Notes: generated by a model not told the origin, from the sequence alone. A stretch of DNA of 64,000 nt from Octopus bimaculoides (GCF_001194135.2 NC_068984.1:79603795-79667794); one strand, 5' to 3'. Positions 12,172 through 25,288 are shown, counted from the first letter of the stretch. Translations and numbers: made by a program.

Positions 12172-12174
<3 letters not shown>
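11740..12174 (+). mobile_element. RTE-clade LINE 3' UTR fragment with (GAT)n tail
   Basis: Matches the 3' part of the ORF-bearing copy at 24361-25203; ends gcatggaaagcagatgttaaac(gat)n. Confidence 0.85.
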
Positions 12175-12221
<47 letters not shown>

Positions 12222-12262
12222 CTGCATGTGCGTGTGTATGTGTGTGGTTTATATATATATAT

Positions 12263-12480
12263 ATCATCATTTCATGTCCGTTTTCCATGCTAGCATAGGT
12301 TGGATGGCTTGACAGGAATTGGCAAGGCCAGGCCCACTCCAGGTTCCATAATCTGTTTTAGCATGGTTTTTCTACAGCTGGATGTTCTTCCTAATGTCAA
12401 TCACTTTACAAAGTGTACTGGGTGCTTTTTGTGTGGCACTATGTTACCAGTGTTTTTTTATATGGCACCTTGCTTTTAGG
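12263..12480 (-). mobile_element. RTE-clade 3' UTR fragment, inverted relative to 11740-12174
   Basis: atcatcat...ttttccatgctagcataggttggatgg...ctggatgttcttcctaatgtcaatcac. Confidence 0.8.
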
Positions 12481-13326
12481 GTGGTGTTGGGTTTTCTTGA
12501 GTGCAGCAATGCACAACATATTTCATAAATCAGCAGAAAATTGCAAAAGTGACTCATAAACATTGTTTCATAAGTGCTGTGCATATAATTCTCAGATTTT
12601 GAATCACTTGACTAATTTTTTGCTGAAGATAAAATGAAAAATCATATGCTGGTATATGGAAGTTCTATTTTCCCTGTTTGTTCTCCCAAACCCTTAATTA
12701 TGTGTGCACACACACATGCACACACCCATGAGTGAAAGTGGCTGCCAACGCATTTGATAGGAGTTACATACACAATTTGATAACAGTTTGAAGCAACTTA
12801 GACTTTTGTAAGCTTCTAAAATGATCCTATCTTGTGAGTTGAAGGTAATTTCTAAAATTACAGCTCTAAATGAAACATTGCTATGCAGGTTGTTATAACA
12901 CAATAAATAAAGATGAAATTTCGATGGACTATTTTTAACAGCAAAATGAATATAAATACATGTCAGAGACATAACAGAATGATCTAGAAATTTAGAGACT
13001 CACTACATCAAAACAATTAATAACTTTGATAATTTTATACAGAGTGATGTAAAGTTTTGATGAAATTAGACAACAAATTTAATTAATTAGAACTGAAGCC
13101 ATAAAATTTTGAAACAGGTGAAATTAATCAACTTTAATCATAAACACACTGGCCTACTCAGTAATAATAGAGTTATAAAAAAAGCAGGAAAAAAGAAACT
13201 ATATTATTGATCTAGGTCTGAGTGCTGGTTCTTTCTCACATGTTGGTCACCTTTTGAAGAATACATTTGTTTTCAGTATGTTTTGGAGTTTCTGACAAAG
13301 TAATTCTTAGTAGAAAAATATCATTA

Positions 13327-13600
13327 GGATGATGATGATGATCATCATAATTTAACGTCTGTTTTCCATGTTGGCATGGGTTGGATACCTTGACAAGAGC
13401 TGGCAAGGGCAGGGGCCACACCAGGCTCTACAGTCTATTTTGGCTTGGTTTCTATGGTTGGATGTCCTTCCTAATGCTAACCTCTTCACAGAGTGTGCTG
13501 GTTGCTTTGGTACCTTCATCATAGCTTTTTATGTGATATATCACTGGTACTTTTTATGTGGCACAAGTACCAATGCGTTTTACGTGGCACCTTGGTTTTA
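13327..13600 (-). mobile_element. RTE-clade 3' UTR fragment
   Basis: catcatcataatttaacgtctgttttccatgttggcatgggttgg...gatgtccttcctaatgc. Confidence 0.8.
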
Positions 13601-13779
13601 GTATATCAATCCTGTTGTGGTAGGCATGTCCTCTTGAGTACAGCAATGCACAATATGTCTATGTCCTTTGTCATTTTCATTTCCAGAATAGTTCTCTTTT
13701 CATTACTGTTGCACTCTCAGAAAGGGTACTCTCAGGCAACTTATTCATGATTTCCAAAGTTTCCATTATTCTCTTACTG

Positions 13780-14860
13780 AGAAAACCAGTTGTAAAATTT
13801 CTTTCTATCTCCTGCAGATCTTCAATATATAAAGTCTCCTGATGGCCATTTTGCAATCTCTCTTTATTGTCTGACTCAAAGATGTATTGATGATGGCTAC
13901 TGCTACATTTTCTTCATCAAATTCCATGAAATCTTTGCAAGCTTCTGAACATAGCCTCTTCATGCAGTCCTTGGCCTTTGTTTCAGCCTGCTTTCTCATT
14001 ATTTATGACCTTCATGTAGTAGTTTTTCAAAACATTCTTCATAGTTTATCATTGCCATTTCTTTCTACAACAAGTTGTTTAAAAGTGCACCAAAGAAAAT
14101 AGGTAATCACATGAGAAATTACTCTGTCATCCCTGAGCCAAAATAAGGAAGAGGTTTTCAGTAACAAGTAAACTACTTTGACACCAATGTAGGTTTGAAA
14201 AGTATTGAGATTCTGAAGATGGCCTGCAACAATATTAATCACCAACAATGTCTTAGACACAAGATTGTTTCCTTCACTATATCTTGAATGATGAATAAAA
14301 ATATGAAACACACTATTATGTTAAAATTTTTATTTCTATTTCAAGTCATCTTGTTTGATTTTTAAATCACAGGCAAATGTATTTTTCTGTTTCTCTTTTT
14401 GGTTGCGGCAGTTCTGAATGATAAACTAGCATAAGCTTCAGCTTGCAGTCTTCTGAAGCATTACAACCAAGTAGAAGTGTTAAATGGTCTTTTCCAACCT
14501 TGAACTCAGGAGTGTATTTTCTTCCCATGCAATGAGTGCTGATGGCATTCTTTACCAGAAAAAAAGCAAGTTGGGTGTGTGTGTGTATTGGTGGAGTAGC
14601 TGCTATGTTTGATGATACTCTTAAGAGCCTGGAAAATTACTTTGATGCCTAAGTATCTGCACATACAGCTACCCCAGGACGTATGAATGCTGTCTTCTAT
14701 GTTATGTTGTTGTTTGAATATATCAAACAACCTCTGAGAGTTGCGAATGGTTCTAGATTATTTCTTTCTTGCATGCGTCTGAAGATGATCTTTGTCTCTC
14801 TCATTGTATTACCTTCCCTTAATATCCTCCACCTTTTCCTCACAAATACTTCTTAATAGT
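13780..14860 (-). mobile_element. Degenerate Tigger/pogo-family (DDE_1) transposase remnant
   Basis: Minus-strand frames give FATLRG (FxASxGW), KVGKDHLTLLLGCNASEDCKLKLMLVYHSE (cf. [27 protein letters not shown]), KTLLVINIVAGH (LLLIDNAPGH), VVYLLLKTSSLF..D..VI (VVFMPANTTSILQPMDQGVI); stops and frameshifts present. Confidence 0.85.
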
Positions 14861-16263
14861 GGGTGCCATTTTCCTCCCTTTCTTTCTCTGTTTTATTTCT
14901 GTCTTACAAGTTACATGGCAACCTCTTTAGTGCCAGTGGATCGAAAGCATAGCACCTTGTACATTCTGTAAAGTGCTTTGCATCAAGAAGGACATTGAGG
15001 TGTAGAATGCCAAATATGGCATTGAGCTCAGTGCAGTCCTGCAACATGCTAGATCCCTGTCAAATCATCCTACCTATGCAAACACAGAAAACAGATGTTA
15101 AATGATGATGTCATGGTGTGTTTTGTTTTCCATTTATACAGCAAAATATTTCTTCCCATTCAAAGTCTAACTTCAGACTAAAAATCAAAAGAGCATCTAA
15201 GTGCTCACTTGACCTGCTGAAAATAGCATCTAGATTTCTCTCAAATCATACCTTACCATCTTAAACAACGACAGGGTGCATTAAATAATGAAGTTCAAGG
15301 TACTGCTATAATGTAGTTCAAGATGCAGTATTATCATAGCTGGCATGCCTTAACAATAATGACAATGATATAACCCTTTAAAAGCACATCAAAAGAATTA
15401 CAAAGTCATATATGTTATGAAACCTGAATGTAATTTCTGGTGTTACCAATCAGCTTTAATTATTTCCTAAAAATTGAAATTGCCACCACATACACAAACT
15501 TAGTCCTATTTAGCTAACTCTCCTATTGCCATCATTACAGCATGCAGTCTTCAAAATAATTTTAATCTACCCTGATCATTACATAAATCCCAAAGTCAAG
15601 CAAACATTACACTATGGCATGTGAGATTTAGTCCAAGATTAAGTGTAACACTAGAGGACTCAGAAATGGTCAAGTAGTTAAGATGGCCACTTAGTAATCA
15701 AAACTCTGGATTCACTCTCGTTGCATGAGATTTTCGGCAAGCGGCTTTTATCATAACCTTTGGCTGTTCCAAGTTTTGTGAGTGAAACTGAGTTGACAAA
15801 AATTGTATGATGGCTTTGGATGGATTGTACCTGTAATTCAAAGGTCAGGTGCATTATGCTAATTTGATCAGAGAATTATGTTTGGGGTACGGGTAGTGTT
15901 ATAGTAACGATGCTCAGCACCCAAGGTCAAACACATTTCCTGAAATGTTTTGATTATTTGGTTTGTGACTCATTACCTAATTACTTACTGTGACTCATTA
16001 CCTACTAATTAATTACTGGCATTACATGGACCTAAAATAAAGTCACAATGAAACATCTCTATTATAACTTTTAAGCATGCTTACATTGTGCTCCAAAAAC
16101 TGCCACCTTTTTTCTCACTTCCTGCTATGCCTTTGGGTACCTGTGGAATATTTGGTCACTTACATATTAACTAATTTAAGAAGGCAGCTCTCTGATCAAA
16201 TAGTTGAATCCTCATTACTGAAATCAGTGGAGGATCCACAATATAATGTGTATATACATATAC

Positions 16264-16294
<31 letters not shown>

Positions 16295-16811
16295 CATATA
16301 TATATATANNNNNNNNNNNNNNNNNNNNNNNNNNNNNNNNNNNNNNNNNNNNNNNNNNNNNNNNNNNNNNNNNNNNNNNNNNNNNNNNNNNNNNNNNNNN
16401 NNNNNNNNNNNNNNNNNNNNNNNNNNNNNNNNNNNNNNNNNNNNNNNNNNNNNNNNNNNNNNNNNNNNNNNNNNNNNNNNNNNNNNNNNNNNNNNNNNNN
16501 NNNNNNNNNNNNNNNNNNNNNNNNNNNNNNNNNNNNNNNNNNNNNNNNNNNNNNNNNNNNNNNNNNNNNNNNNNNNNNNNNNNNNNNNNNNNNNNNNNNN
16601 NNNNNNNNNNNNNNNNNNNNNNNNNNNNNNNNNNNNNNNNNNNNNNNNNNNNNNNNNNNNNNNNNNNNNNNNNNNNNNNNNNNNNNNNNNNNNNNNNNNN
16701 NNNNNNNNNNNNNNNNNNNNNNNNNNNNNNNNNNNNNNNNNNNNNNNNNNNNNNNNNNNNNNNNNNNNNNNNNNNNNNNNNNNNNNNNNNNNNNNNNNNN
16801 NNNNNNNNNNN

Positions 16812-16863
<52 letters not shown>

Positions 16864-17059
16864 GAGTAGATGTAAGGACAAGTAAGTTAGTCAAGTCGAT
16901 ATGCAAAAAACACTCCTCTATCTGGTCAAATTTAAATCTCTTGAACACTATGAAGTATATTCTATACAGAGAATACCTGTCTCTAATCTATCTATCTATC
17001 TGTCTGTCTGTCTGTCTGTCTGTCTATCCATCCATACTCCAGAGTATTGATGTTATTGC

Positions 17060-17450
17060 CGAAATTAGCCATGAGTCAGTTTCGATTGCACAGGCCTATT
17101 GTCAAAGACATACCAGGAGATGTGTGATGATTTGCTGTATGTGATAAGATCCGTCAAGCTAAGTGAAATCGTCTTCCACATATACAGGCTTTCCCTTTGA
17201 GGTGTTGGTGCTGCATTAAGGCACCCATGCCGGTGCTGCATAAATGCACCCATGCAAGTGGCCCATAAAAAGCACCCAGCACACTCTGTTAAGTGGTTGG
17301 CATTAGGAAGGGCCTCCAGCCATAGAAACCATGCCACAACAGACAGTCTAGAGTCTGGACAGTTCCATGCTAGCCAGCTCCATGTCAAACTGTCCAACCT
17401 ATGCCAGCATGGACAGCAGATATGTTAAACGATGATGATGGTGATGATAT
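17060..17450 (+). mobile_element. Degenerate RTE LINE 3' end (ORF2 C-terminus, 3' UTR, GAT tail)
   Basis: ...FAVCDKIRQAK* followed by the family 3' UTR and gttaaacgatgatgatg. Confidence 0.75.
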
Positions 17451-17764
17451 CAGCTGTTATAATCCTGTCTATTTTAAGATAGTTAAGTACTGATATTTCT
17501 TGTGGGTCAAGTTACTATGTTGCAGTTTCTTTGTCAGAGAGTTACTTGTATATGTGATAGCTCTATGTAATTCTAAGAACAACTGAAATTACATTTGGTG
17601 CAATATAAAATCTACAGAAACAATTTAGGCCTTATTTTGTTTGGTATTTTGTTTCCATTTTTAAACAATATCTCACACATAGAGATAAAGCTTTGCTCTG
17701 TCCACAAAACACCATTGTAAGCTTTCAAAAAGATTAACTCGGAATTCTCATATTTCTTTCTCAC

Positions 17765-17795
<31 letters not shown>

Positions 17796-19624
17796 GTCTC
17801 CCCTTCTCTCTATCTCTCCCACTCTCACTTCTCTTTCTTACTTAGTATTCCTCCCCTTCTCACATGCTGTAACACACAAAAATCCATCAGTTGTTGTAGA
17901 TTCCGAATTATCTTCTGCTCAGCTTGTTCTGACTTCTCAACCATGTTATCCTTCATGGCATAGAACAATGTTTGAAAGAATGCATAATTTCCTAGGTTAT
18001 TATGTGAGCTTCTTCGTTGATTTCACCATCGCAGTAAATTGCATATGAAGCACAGGTCGCATGTTATGGACTGTGGCAAAATCAGCAGCAGCGGCAGCTG
18101 CTCCAGTGTTAGTAGTGGTGTTGGTGGTAAATAATAAAATGCTTCTTTCTCCTTATCTTTCATCCTGCCAATTTTGTGGTATTCTATGCACTTGTCTAAA
18201 TTGCACTGCTGTTGCGGTGCATCTGTACCAATGCATGTCAAGGGAACAGTTATAATATTTACTATAAGATGGCATTTATTACAAAGTATCTATTTGTTTA
18301 TCTAATGTGCATGTGCATTGATGTCTTTGTATTTGTGCATGCATATCCATGCATCTATATGCATTTGAATATTTGAGTGCATACATTGTGTGTGTGTGTG
18401 TGCACATGCATATGTGTAATATGCACATGTGCTTTTGTTTTACATGATTTATTTTAGTGTTTTTATGATTTATAATTCTTTTTGTTCCCTTTGCACTTAA
18501 GTATTATTTTGTATACTTAACATATCTAAACATGTGTGTGTGGATCTATAAATCATGGTTGTGTGGTGAGGAAGTTTGCTTTGCAGCTTAAGGTCTCAGG
18601 TTCACTACCACTGCATGAAACCTTGGACAGTTGTCTTTTGCTATAGTCTTGAGGTGAGCAAATATATATATATATATATAGTATTAATAATGATAAGGAG
18701 AATGGAAATTTTTCACATCCATAATTTTATTTAGCTGTTATTTACAGCATTTTTTTCAAGACCTACATATGTTTCGACCGCAGTGACTGCACACTGTTGG
18801 ATATGCAACCTAGCATCATGGCAGGTGCAGTTTCATTAGGGTCCTCACCCGCTTCTGTTTCAGAGTGAAACTGAAAGAATTAACAAACTGAGTGAATAAA
18901 GTATTTAGTGTGAAGTAGTATTATTTAGTGTGAGAGTACTGCTATCAAGAGGAATCTTGACCCAGTGTTCACCTTTACTAAATGTGGTAGCAACACAAAA
19001 CATGGTCCTGAAAATAGGTCAAAGCTGGATTGAATGTTTATGTAGATTTATCATTAATATTAAAAGTTCATTATTTCACTAATTTCAAAGAGTATATATT
19101 TCAGTGCAGTGGTATTATATTATGTTTGATTTGGTTTTTGGTTCTTGCTTTCTCAATTGTTAATGTAATCAGTGACCAAATCAACTTACTTAGGCTAGTG
19201 TTATTTTTTTGTCCCTATAACTAAAAGAATTTTCCAGGTTAGTTATTCTCTGTTTGATAAAACATGAGTTAGAACCTATATAGAAATATTCTTTGTATTC
19301 TGAGGAACCTTTGCGCCTGTAAACAACATTTTTAGTTTTACATGCACACGCGCGCGCGCACACACACACACACAGACACACACTAACACACACGCACACA
19401 CACACACACTCACACACACACACACACACACNNNNNNNNNNNNNNNNNNNNNNNNNNNNNNNNNNNNNNNNNNNNNNNNNNNNNNNNNNNNNNNNNNNNN
19501 NNNNNNNNNNNNNNNNNNNNNNNNNNNNNNNNNNNNNNNNNNNNNNNNNNNNNNNNNNNATATATATATATATAAGAGGGATGACCACTAAGTAGACATC
19601 CCTTTTGCTAGAAGAAGACCACCT

Positions 19625-19943
19625 ACGGTCTGACCACTAAGTTTGGTAGATGGAAACTGAAAGAAACCTGTCATATATGTGTGTGTGTGTCTGTCTGTAG
19701 TATTTGTCCCTCCCAACATCACTTGAAGCCCATCATATATGTGTATATGTTTGTGTGTCTGACAACTGATGCTTGACAACTGATGCTGGTGTGTTTACAT
19801 CCCCGAAACTTAGCGATTTGGCAAAAAAGACCAATAGAATAAGTACTAGGCTTACAAAGAATAAGTCCTGGGAGTGATTTGCTCAACTAAAAGCAGTGCT
19901 CCAGCTTGGCTGCAGTCAAATGATTGAGACAAATAAAAGAATA
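19625..19943 (+). mobile_element. SINE family A (5'-truncated)
   Basis: tttggtagatggaaactgaaagaaacc...gaataagtactaggcttacaaagaataagtcctgg...aaataaaagaat. Confidence 0.85.
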
Positions 19944-20243
19944 TATGTATGTTATATATGTGTGCATTTACATTTTATTACACAATGCTTAGTTCACTTT
20001 GGCACTCCTACATTGATCATTAAATTCAATTAGCTTACAGATGTTATAATTATCGTTCTTCAAAATTTCTATAGCATTTTTTCTGTGAAAATATTATTTT
20101 AGCTCTGTAGTTGCATTTGTCATTTAACCTCAGATCAAGCCTGAACAAGTAGACTTAGGACAGAGGAAATTCCAGAACGTTCCTTTTCATTCTTTATAGG
20201 TTTCTAGGATTATGGTATTTAATGTGCCTTTCCCTTTCTTTAA

Positions 20244-20420
20244 CCCTTTAGCATTTAAACAAGCTATATCTGGCCTCTCACACCTACCCTACAAAGTCAT
20301 TTTAAAGATAAAGAATCACAGCATCAAGATCTCAAGACTATGAGATTATTCAGGATTAATTCAAAACAATGTGAAAAATAAATATTACATTTGATGGAGT
20401 ATTATCTGAATGTGAAAGGT
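20244..20420. mobile_element. piggyBac-type MITE, degenerate copy
   Basis: TTAA|ccctttagcat ... tgtgaaaggt|TTAA; homologous to 49071-49277. Confidence 0.6.
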
Positions 20421-20974
20421 TTAAAATGATTCGGTGTGATTTGAAGGTAAATTAAGGTGCTATTTCTTACAGGTTTTGTGACAGTGTAAAATATTCTCTT
20501 ATTAAGGAATATTATGGTGAAAGCTTTTGAGCTGCAACCATTACCAGCCCATATTTTTGTATATCAGGAGCTATAGCATCCATGATATCAGAAATTACAT
20601 TGCTTTTTAAATCCAGAACTACATTGCATTTATTTATTTAAGATGGTTGAGTGTTATATGAAGATTTGGTTTATGTTTTGAGAAGGTTCAGTGAGCATAT
20701 GAAGGCCACCTTCTTGGTTCATTATACCACTTCCATATTTTTAATAGAAATCTTATAAAAACTATTCATTTTATTAGTTGTTGTTAGGCTTTTAGGTAAA
20801 CCACTGTCAGATGTCATAGATATACTCTAATGAAAGTTTCTAATAATAGTTTTACTGTCAGGTAAATAAGCAAGTAATCACAATGTGTGCATTCAGCAGG
20901 AGTTTACCACCTAAGAATATTTTATATATCTGCACATTTTTCTGTTTCTTTGATTGCAAATGGACAGTTTGTGT

Positions 20975-21330
20975 CTTATATCGAAAGTCTTAAAGCAATA
21001 TTTGTTTTTGTGTCCACATTTCGACAAACTCTTGCATTTTGTTGACTAGTTTATAAATTTGTATCTAGTTATATTTTTCTTACCTAGCAAAGTTCACCAT
21101 ATCTCTGGGCATTTCTTGTATAAGCTTTTGCAGATTCAATGACAGTCCATTTATTTTCTATGTTATTTTTTGCCATCTTCTTTCTAATAACCGAATATGT
21201 TTTGACAAAGCCATCACATTCTACATGCATATATTTACAAAGGTGCTGCTATGTTGTATGTTACAGCTTTTAAGTCTACATTTTCTGTTCTGTGAAGCTT
21301 ACATAGCTTATAACTTCCCTTTCTTTATTT
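20975..21330 (-). mobile_element. Degenerate Penelope-like element, GIY-YIG endonuclease C-terminal half
   Basis: Minus-strand frames: YVSFTEQK (cf. YIGxTExxFK), ALSKHIRLLE (LSKxIWxLK), KWTVIESAKAYTR..R..ELC (KWSI...Y...C.LC), SKCGHKNKYCFKTF (SKCRHxNKF). Confidence 0.75.
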
Positions 21331-21376
21331 TGTTTCCTCTCATTTTAGTGTGATATAATTATATGTGTGGATCTCC

Positions 21377-21461
<85 letters not shown>

Positions 21462-21509
21462 TGTATTCATATGTATATGCATCTAAACATGTATATGTAT
21501 GTTAATATG

Positions 21510-21572
<63 letters not shown>

Positions 21573-21576
21573 TTAT

Positions 21577-21808
21577 GGCGGCGAGCTGGCAGAACTGTTA
21601 GCACACTGGGCGAAATGCTTGGCGGTATTTCGTCTGCTTGCTACGTTCTGAGTTCAAATTCCGCCGAGGTCGACTTTGCCTTTCATCCTTTCGGGGTCGA
21701 TTAAATAAGTACCAGTTACGCACTGGGGTCGATATAATCGATTTAATCCGTTTGTCTGTCCTTGTTTGTCCCCTCTGTGTGTAGCCCCTTGTGGGTACTA
21801 AAGAAATA

Positions 21809-21809
<1 letters not shown>
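21577..21809 (+). mobile_element. tRNA-derived SINE, family B (3'-end variant 1), well conserved
   Basis: ggcggcgagctggcagaactgttagc (A-box-like) ... gagttcaaattccgccgaggtcgactttgcc (B-box-like); CpGs retained. Confidence 0.9.
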
Positions 21810-21849
<40 letters not shown>

Positions 21850-22146
21850 TCTCTCCCTCTCATACACACACATCCAAACACTCTCACATATATAATACAC
21901 ATACATGCACACATGTATGTATTCATTGCTCATTCATTTTTACATCCATTTTTTCATGCCACCATGGGTTAGAGAAATACATTATTGTGGTAGTATTTTA
22001 CAGCTAGATAAGCTTCCTCTTGCAAAACGTTATGTTTTTCAAGAAATAGATCTCTTATTCCGTATTCTTCAAAAGGTGCAAAGTCAGCAAACAATCCGCT
22101 GATAGAAAGAAATGACTGCCCTGCCTATAACTAAGCAATGTGTATA

Positions 22147-22202
<56 letters not shown>

Positions 22203-22261
22203 ACATAGGTATTGTTTTTTGAAAAAACATAAATCTGAAGAAGCACACTCTAAAAAGTAGA

Positions 22262-22780
22262 GGAGTCTTTATTTTTTCCTGGTGAAGGCCGGTTTATGGA
22301 AGTTGATAGCTGTCAGGTGAGGGAGATAATCCCTTATTGTTTACCCTCATAGGTGAATGATGGCGGTACAGCTGGAAGTTGATAGCCGTTAGCAAAGGGA
22401 GATAATCCCCTTGTTTACATTTGCCTTTCTACCGAGACTTCTCCCTTCCATATTTTAAAGAGGTCTTGAGACCAACAGGTCTTGGGGGTCTTACAACAAC
22501 AACAACATCAGTGACTAAGTTACCTATTGACCATATCAGAACCAATCTTTTCTGAAATGTGGATCCCCAAAGTATAAATGCTCAGCTCCAGTTTCCATTC
22601 CTTGAAAGATGCTGATTGGCATTCACATATTTCCTTCTGTGTAAGTCACAAAGCTAAAAGAGAAATCTTTCCTCACATAAAGAACTCAACTTACTTCCAT
22701 TCTTTTTAAGAAGCTAAGTGTTAGATCACTTTTTGGATAGGCTGCAAGTCTGAGAGAGGAATCTTTCCCTAATTGTGGAA
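22262..22780 (-). mobile_element. Probable LINE 3' region with an internal ~76-bp direct duplication (clade uncertain)
   Basis: GC-richer island; ggaagttgatagc...gggagataatccc..ttgttta occurs at ~22298 and ~22374; A-rich minus-strand end. Confidence 0.35.
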
Positions 22781-23117
22781 CTGGACTTAGAGCAAGAAGC
22801 CAATAAATATCAATTTCCTCAAATGGTTGTTGCAAGTTAGCCCCAAATCTGTTCAAACATGATTAGTTTCTTTATTTCTTTTTAGAAATATCACACCCTA
22901 AACTAAACAAGCTAATGTGTCCTTCCATTTTCTTTTTAATGGCAGTATAGTTTAGTGGAGGGAGATTTGGGTGCTAGTTTTAGCTGTTGGTTATCTCATA
23001 CTAAGACTGCTAGATGAACTCATCAAGCGCTAAATATCTTGATTACAGACCTATGTTTGTGGCACCTCTACAATATTTGGCTTCATTTTTTTTTATTTAC
23101 TATATTTACCAGGTGTA

Positions 23118-23538
23118 GGCATAGCTGTGTGGTAAGAAGCTTGTTTCCCAACCACATAGTTCTGGGTTCAGTTCCACTGTGTGGCACCTTGTTCAAGTGT
23201 CTTCTATAGCCTTGGGCTGACCAAAGCTTTGTGAGTGTATTTGATAGATAGAAACTTAAAGTAGCCTGTCATACATGTGTGTGTGTGAGTGTGTGTGTGT
23301 GTGTGCGTGTGTGTGTGTGTGTCTGTGTCTGTCCTCCGCCTCTATCACCATTTGACAACTGATGTTGGTGTGTCTACATCCCTGTAACTTAGTGGTTCAG
23401 CAAAGGAGGCCGATAGAATACGTACTAGGATTACAAAGAATAAGTCCTGGGGTCGATTTGTTCAACTAAAACCCCTTAATGGGGTCTCTAGTGTGGCCAC
23501 ATTCAAATGACTGAAACAAGTAAAAGAATAAAAGAATA
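23118..23538 (+). mobile_element. SINE family A, full length
   Basis: Head, internal (TG)n and (aaaagaat)n tail all present. Confidence 0.9.
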
Positions 23539-24360
23539 GCCATTTTGAAATCAAAATATGAAACATTTTCATAGCCTGTCTAATAGAGCTTATAAGGGTT
23601 AAGCATATCCATTCAGATTTGGGTCATTGCTTGGCATACTAATTGGAAATATTAAGTGTTTCTAATATTTATAATTAATATGAGCTGAATTATGTCACAG
23701 CTGACAAAAAAAATAATAAAATTTCCTCTTGTTCTTACACATGATTATAAATCTCTTTCAGGCAATTTACAGGCTTCCAATTTGTTGTCTCTTTCTTTTT
23801 TTTTTTAATGTAAAAAGTGAATTAGTCAAATGTGAAAGAATTAAAAAAAGAAAAAAAAAAAAAAAAAAAAAAAAAAGTTTGACTCAAGCAAAATTGCTGT
23901 TCACTTAATTTTCTAGCTCTGTTCTTCATTGAGTGTTTATCAGATATAATTTGAAATCAGAAGATGCAATTCAGAATACTAGCAAAGTTTACTAAATACT
24001 ATGAAGTCCAGTCTTTCATCATTGCTGACAAGTCCTTAATAATGTATGTGCTTAAACACCTGTTTGCCAATTTGTTTCTCTGTTTTACTGTATACAGAAT
24101 ATTGTATGTACGCATCTTTTGATTTTAGATGACAACTCTCTGTGTATTAAATTTTTCCATATCTTTGAGCAGGTGAATCACCTGATGCAAGTACTACCTC
24201 ACTTATAAAATTCATTATATATATGTATGTGTGTGTGTGTGTAAACAGTATAATATACATACTGTATCTTACACATACACATATACATTTATATGTGTGT
24301 GTGTTTATTTGGCAAAAAAAAAAAATGATAAATAAAATGACCACCCGAAAGTACAACGTA

Positions 24361-25203
24361 TATCATCATCATGATCATCATCGTTTAACATCTGCTTTCC
24401 ATGCTAGCATGGGTTGGACAATTTGACTGAGGACTGGAGAACCAGATGGCTACACCAAGCTCCAATCTTATTTGGCAGAGTTTCTACAGCTGGATGCCCT
24501 TCCTAACGCCAGCCACTCCGAGAGTGTAGTGGGTGCTTTTACGTGCCACTGGCACGAAGGCCAGCCAGGCGGTACTGGCAACGGCCATGCTCAAAATGGT
24601 GTATTTTACGTGCCGCCTGCACAGGAGCCAGTCCAGCGGTACTGGCAATGACCTCGCTCGAATGTCTTTTCATGTGCCAGGAAGGTGATGCTGGTAATGA
24701 TCACACTCAAATGGTGCTATTTACATGCCACTGGCACGGAAGCCAGACAGCTGCTCTGGCAACGATCACACTCGGACGGTGCTCTTAGCGCTCCACTAGT
24801 ACAAGTGCCATCACGATTTCGCTTTCACTTGCCCCAACAGGTCTTCGTAAGCCGCGTTTAGTGTCCAATGAACGAGACGTAGGCATGGGTGCCAGTTGTC
24901 GAATTTAGTTCGATTTCAATTTCAATTTCACTTGCCTCAACAGGTCTTTGCAGGCGGAGTTTAGTGTCCAACAAAGGAAAGGTATGCATAAGTGGGCTGG
25001 CTACACCCCTGGCAGAGGCCTTGGATTATGGTCTCGCTTGGCTTGCCGGGTCTTCTCACGCACAGCATATTTCCAAAGGTCTCGGTCACAAGTCATTGCC
25101 TCGGTGAGGCCAAATGTTCGAAGGTCGTGCTTCACCACCTCATCCCAGGTTTTCCTGGATCTACCTCTTCCACAGGTTCCCTCAACCGCTAGGGTGTGGC
25201 ACT
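24361..25203 (-). mobile_element. 5'-truncated RTE-clade LINE (ORF2 C-terminus, ~600-nt 3' UTR, GAT tail)
   Basis: ORF 25001-25237(-): CHTLAVEGTCGRGRSRKTWDEVVKHDLRTFGLTEAMTCDRDLWKYAVREKTRQAK, a typical RTE C-terminus (GRGRPRKTW). Confidence 0.9.
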
Positions 25204-25222
25204 CTATATATGTATATATATG

Positions 25223-25288
<66 letters not shown>

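Noticed and set aside
14587-14651. Plus-strand IGGVAAM... resembling the B4GALT FGGVSAL motif
   Set aside because: It is the antisense of the Tigger transposase, lacks NG.SN.YWGWG and runs into a stop.
18758-18830. Hammerhead 3' half on the minus strand (ggtcGAAAcatatgUA, palindromic stem III)
   Set aside because: No intact CUGANGA core or pairing stem II upstream; at best a heavily decayed relic.
21577-21700. tRNA-like A/B boxes at SINE heads
   Set aside because: They do not fold as full cloverleaves and continue into SINE bodies, so they were not called as tRNA genes.
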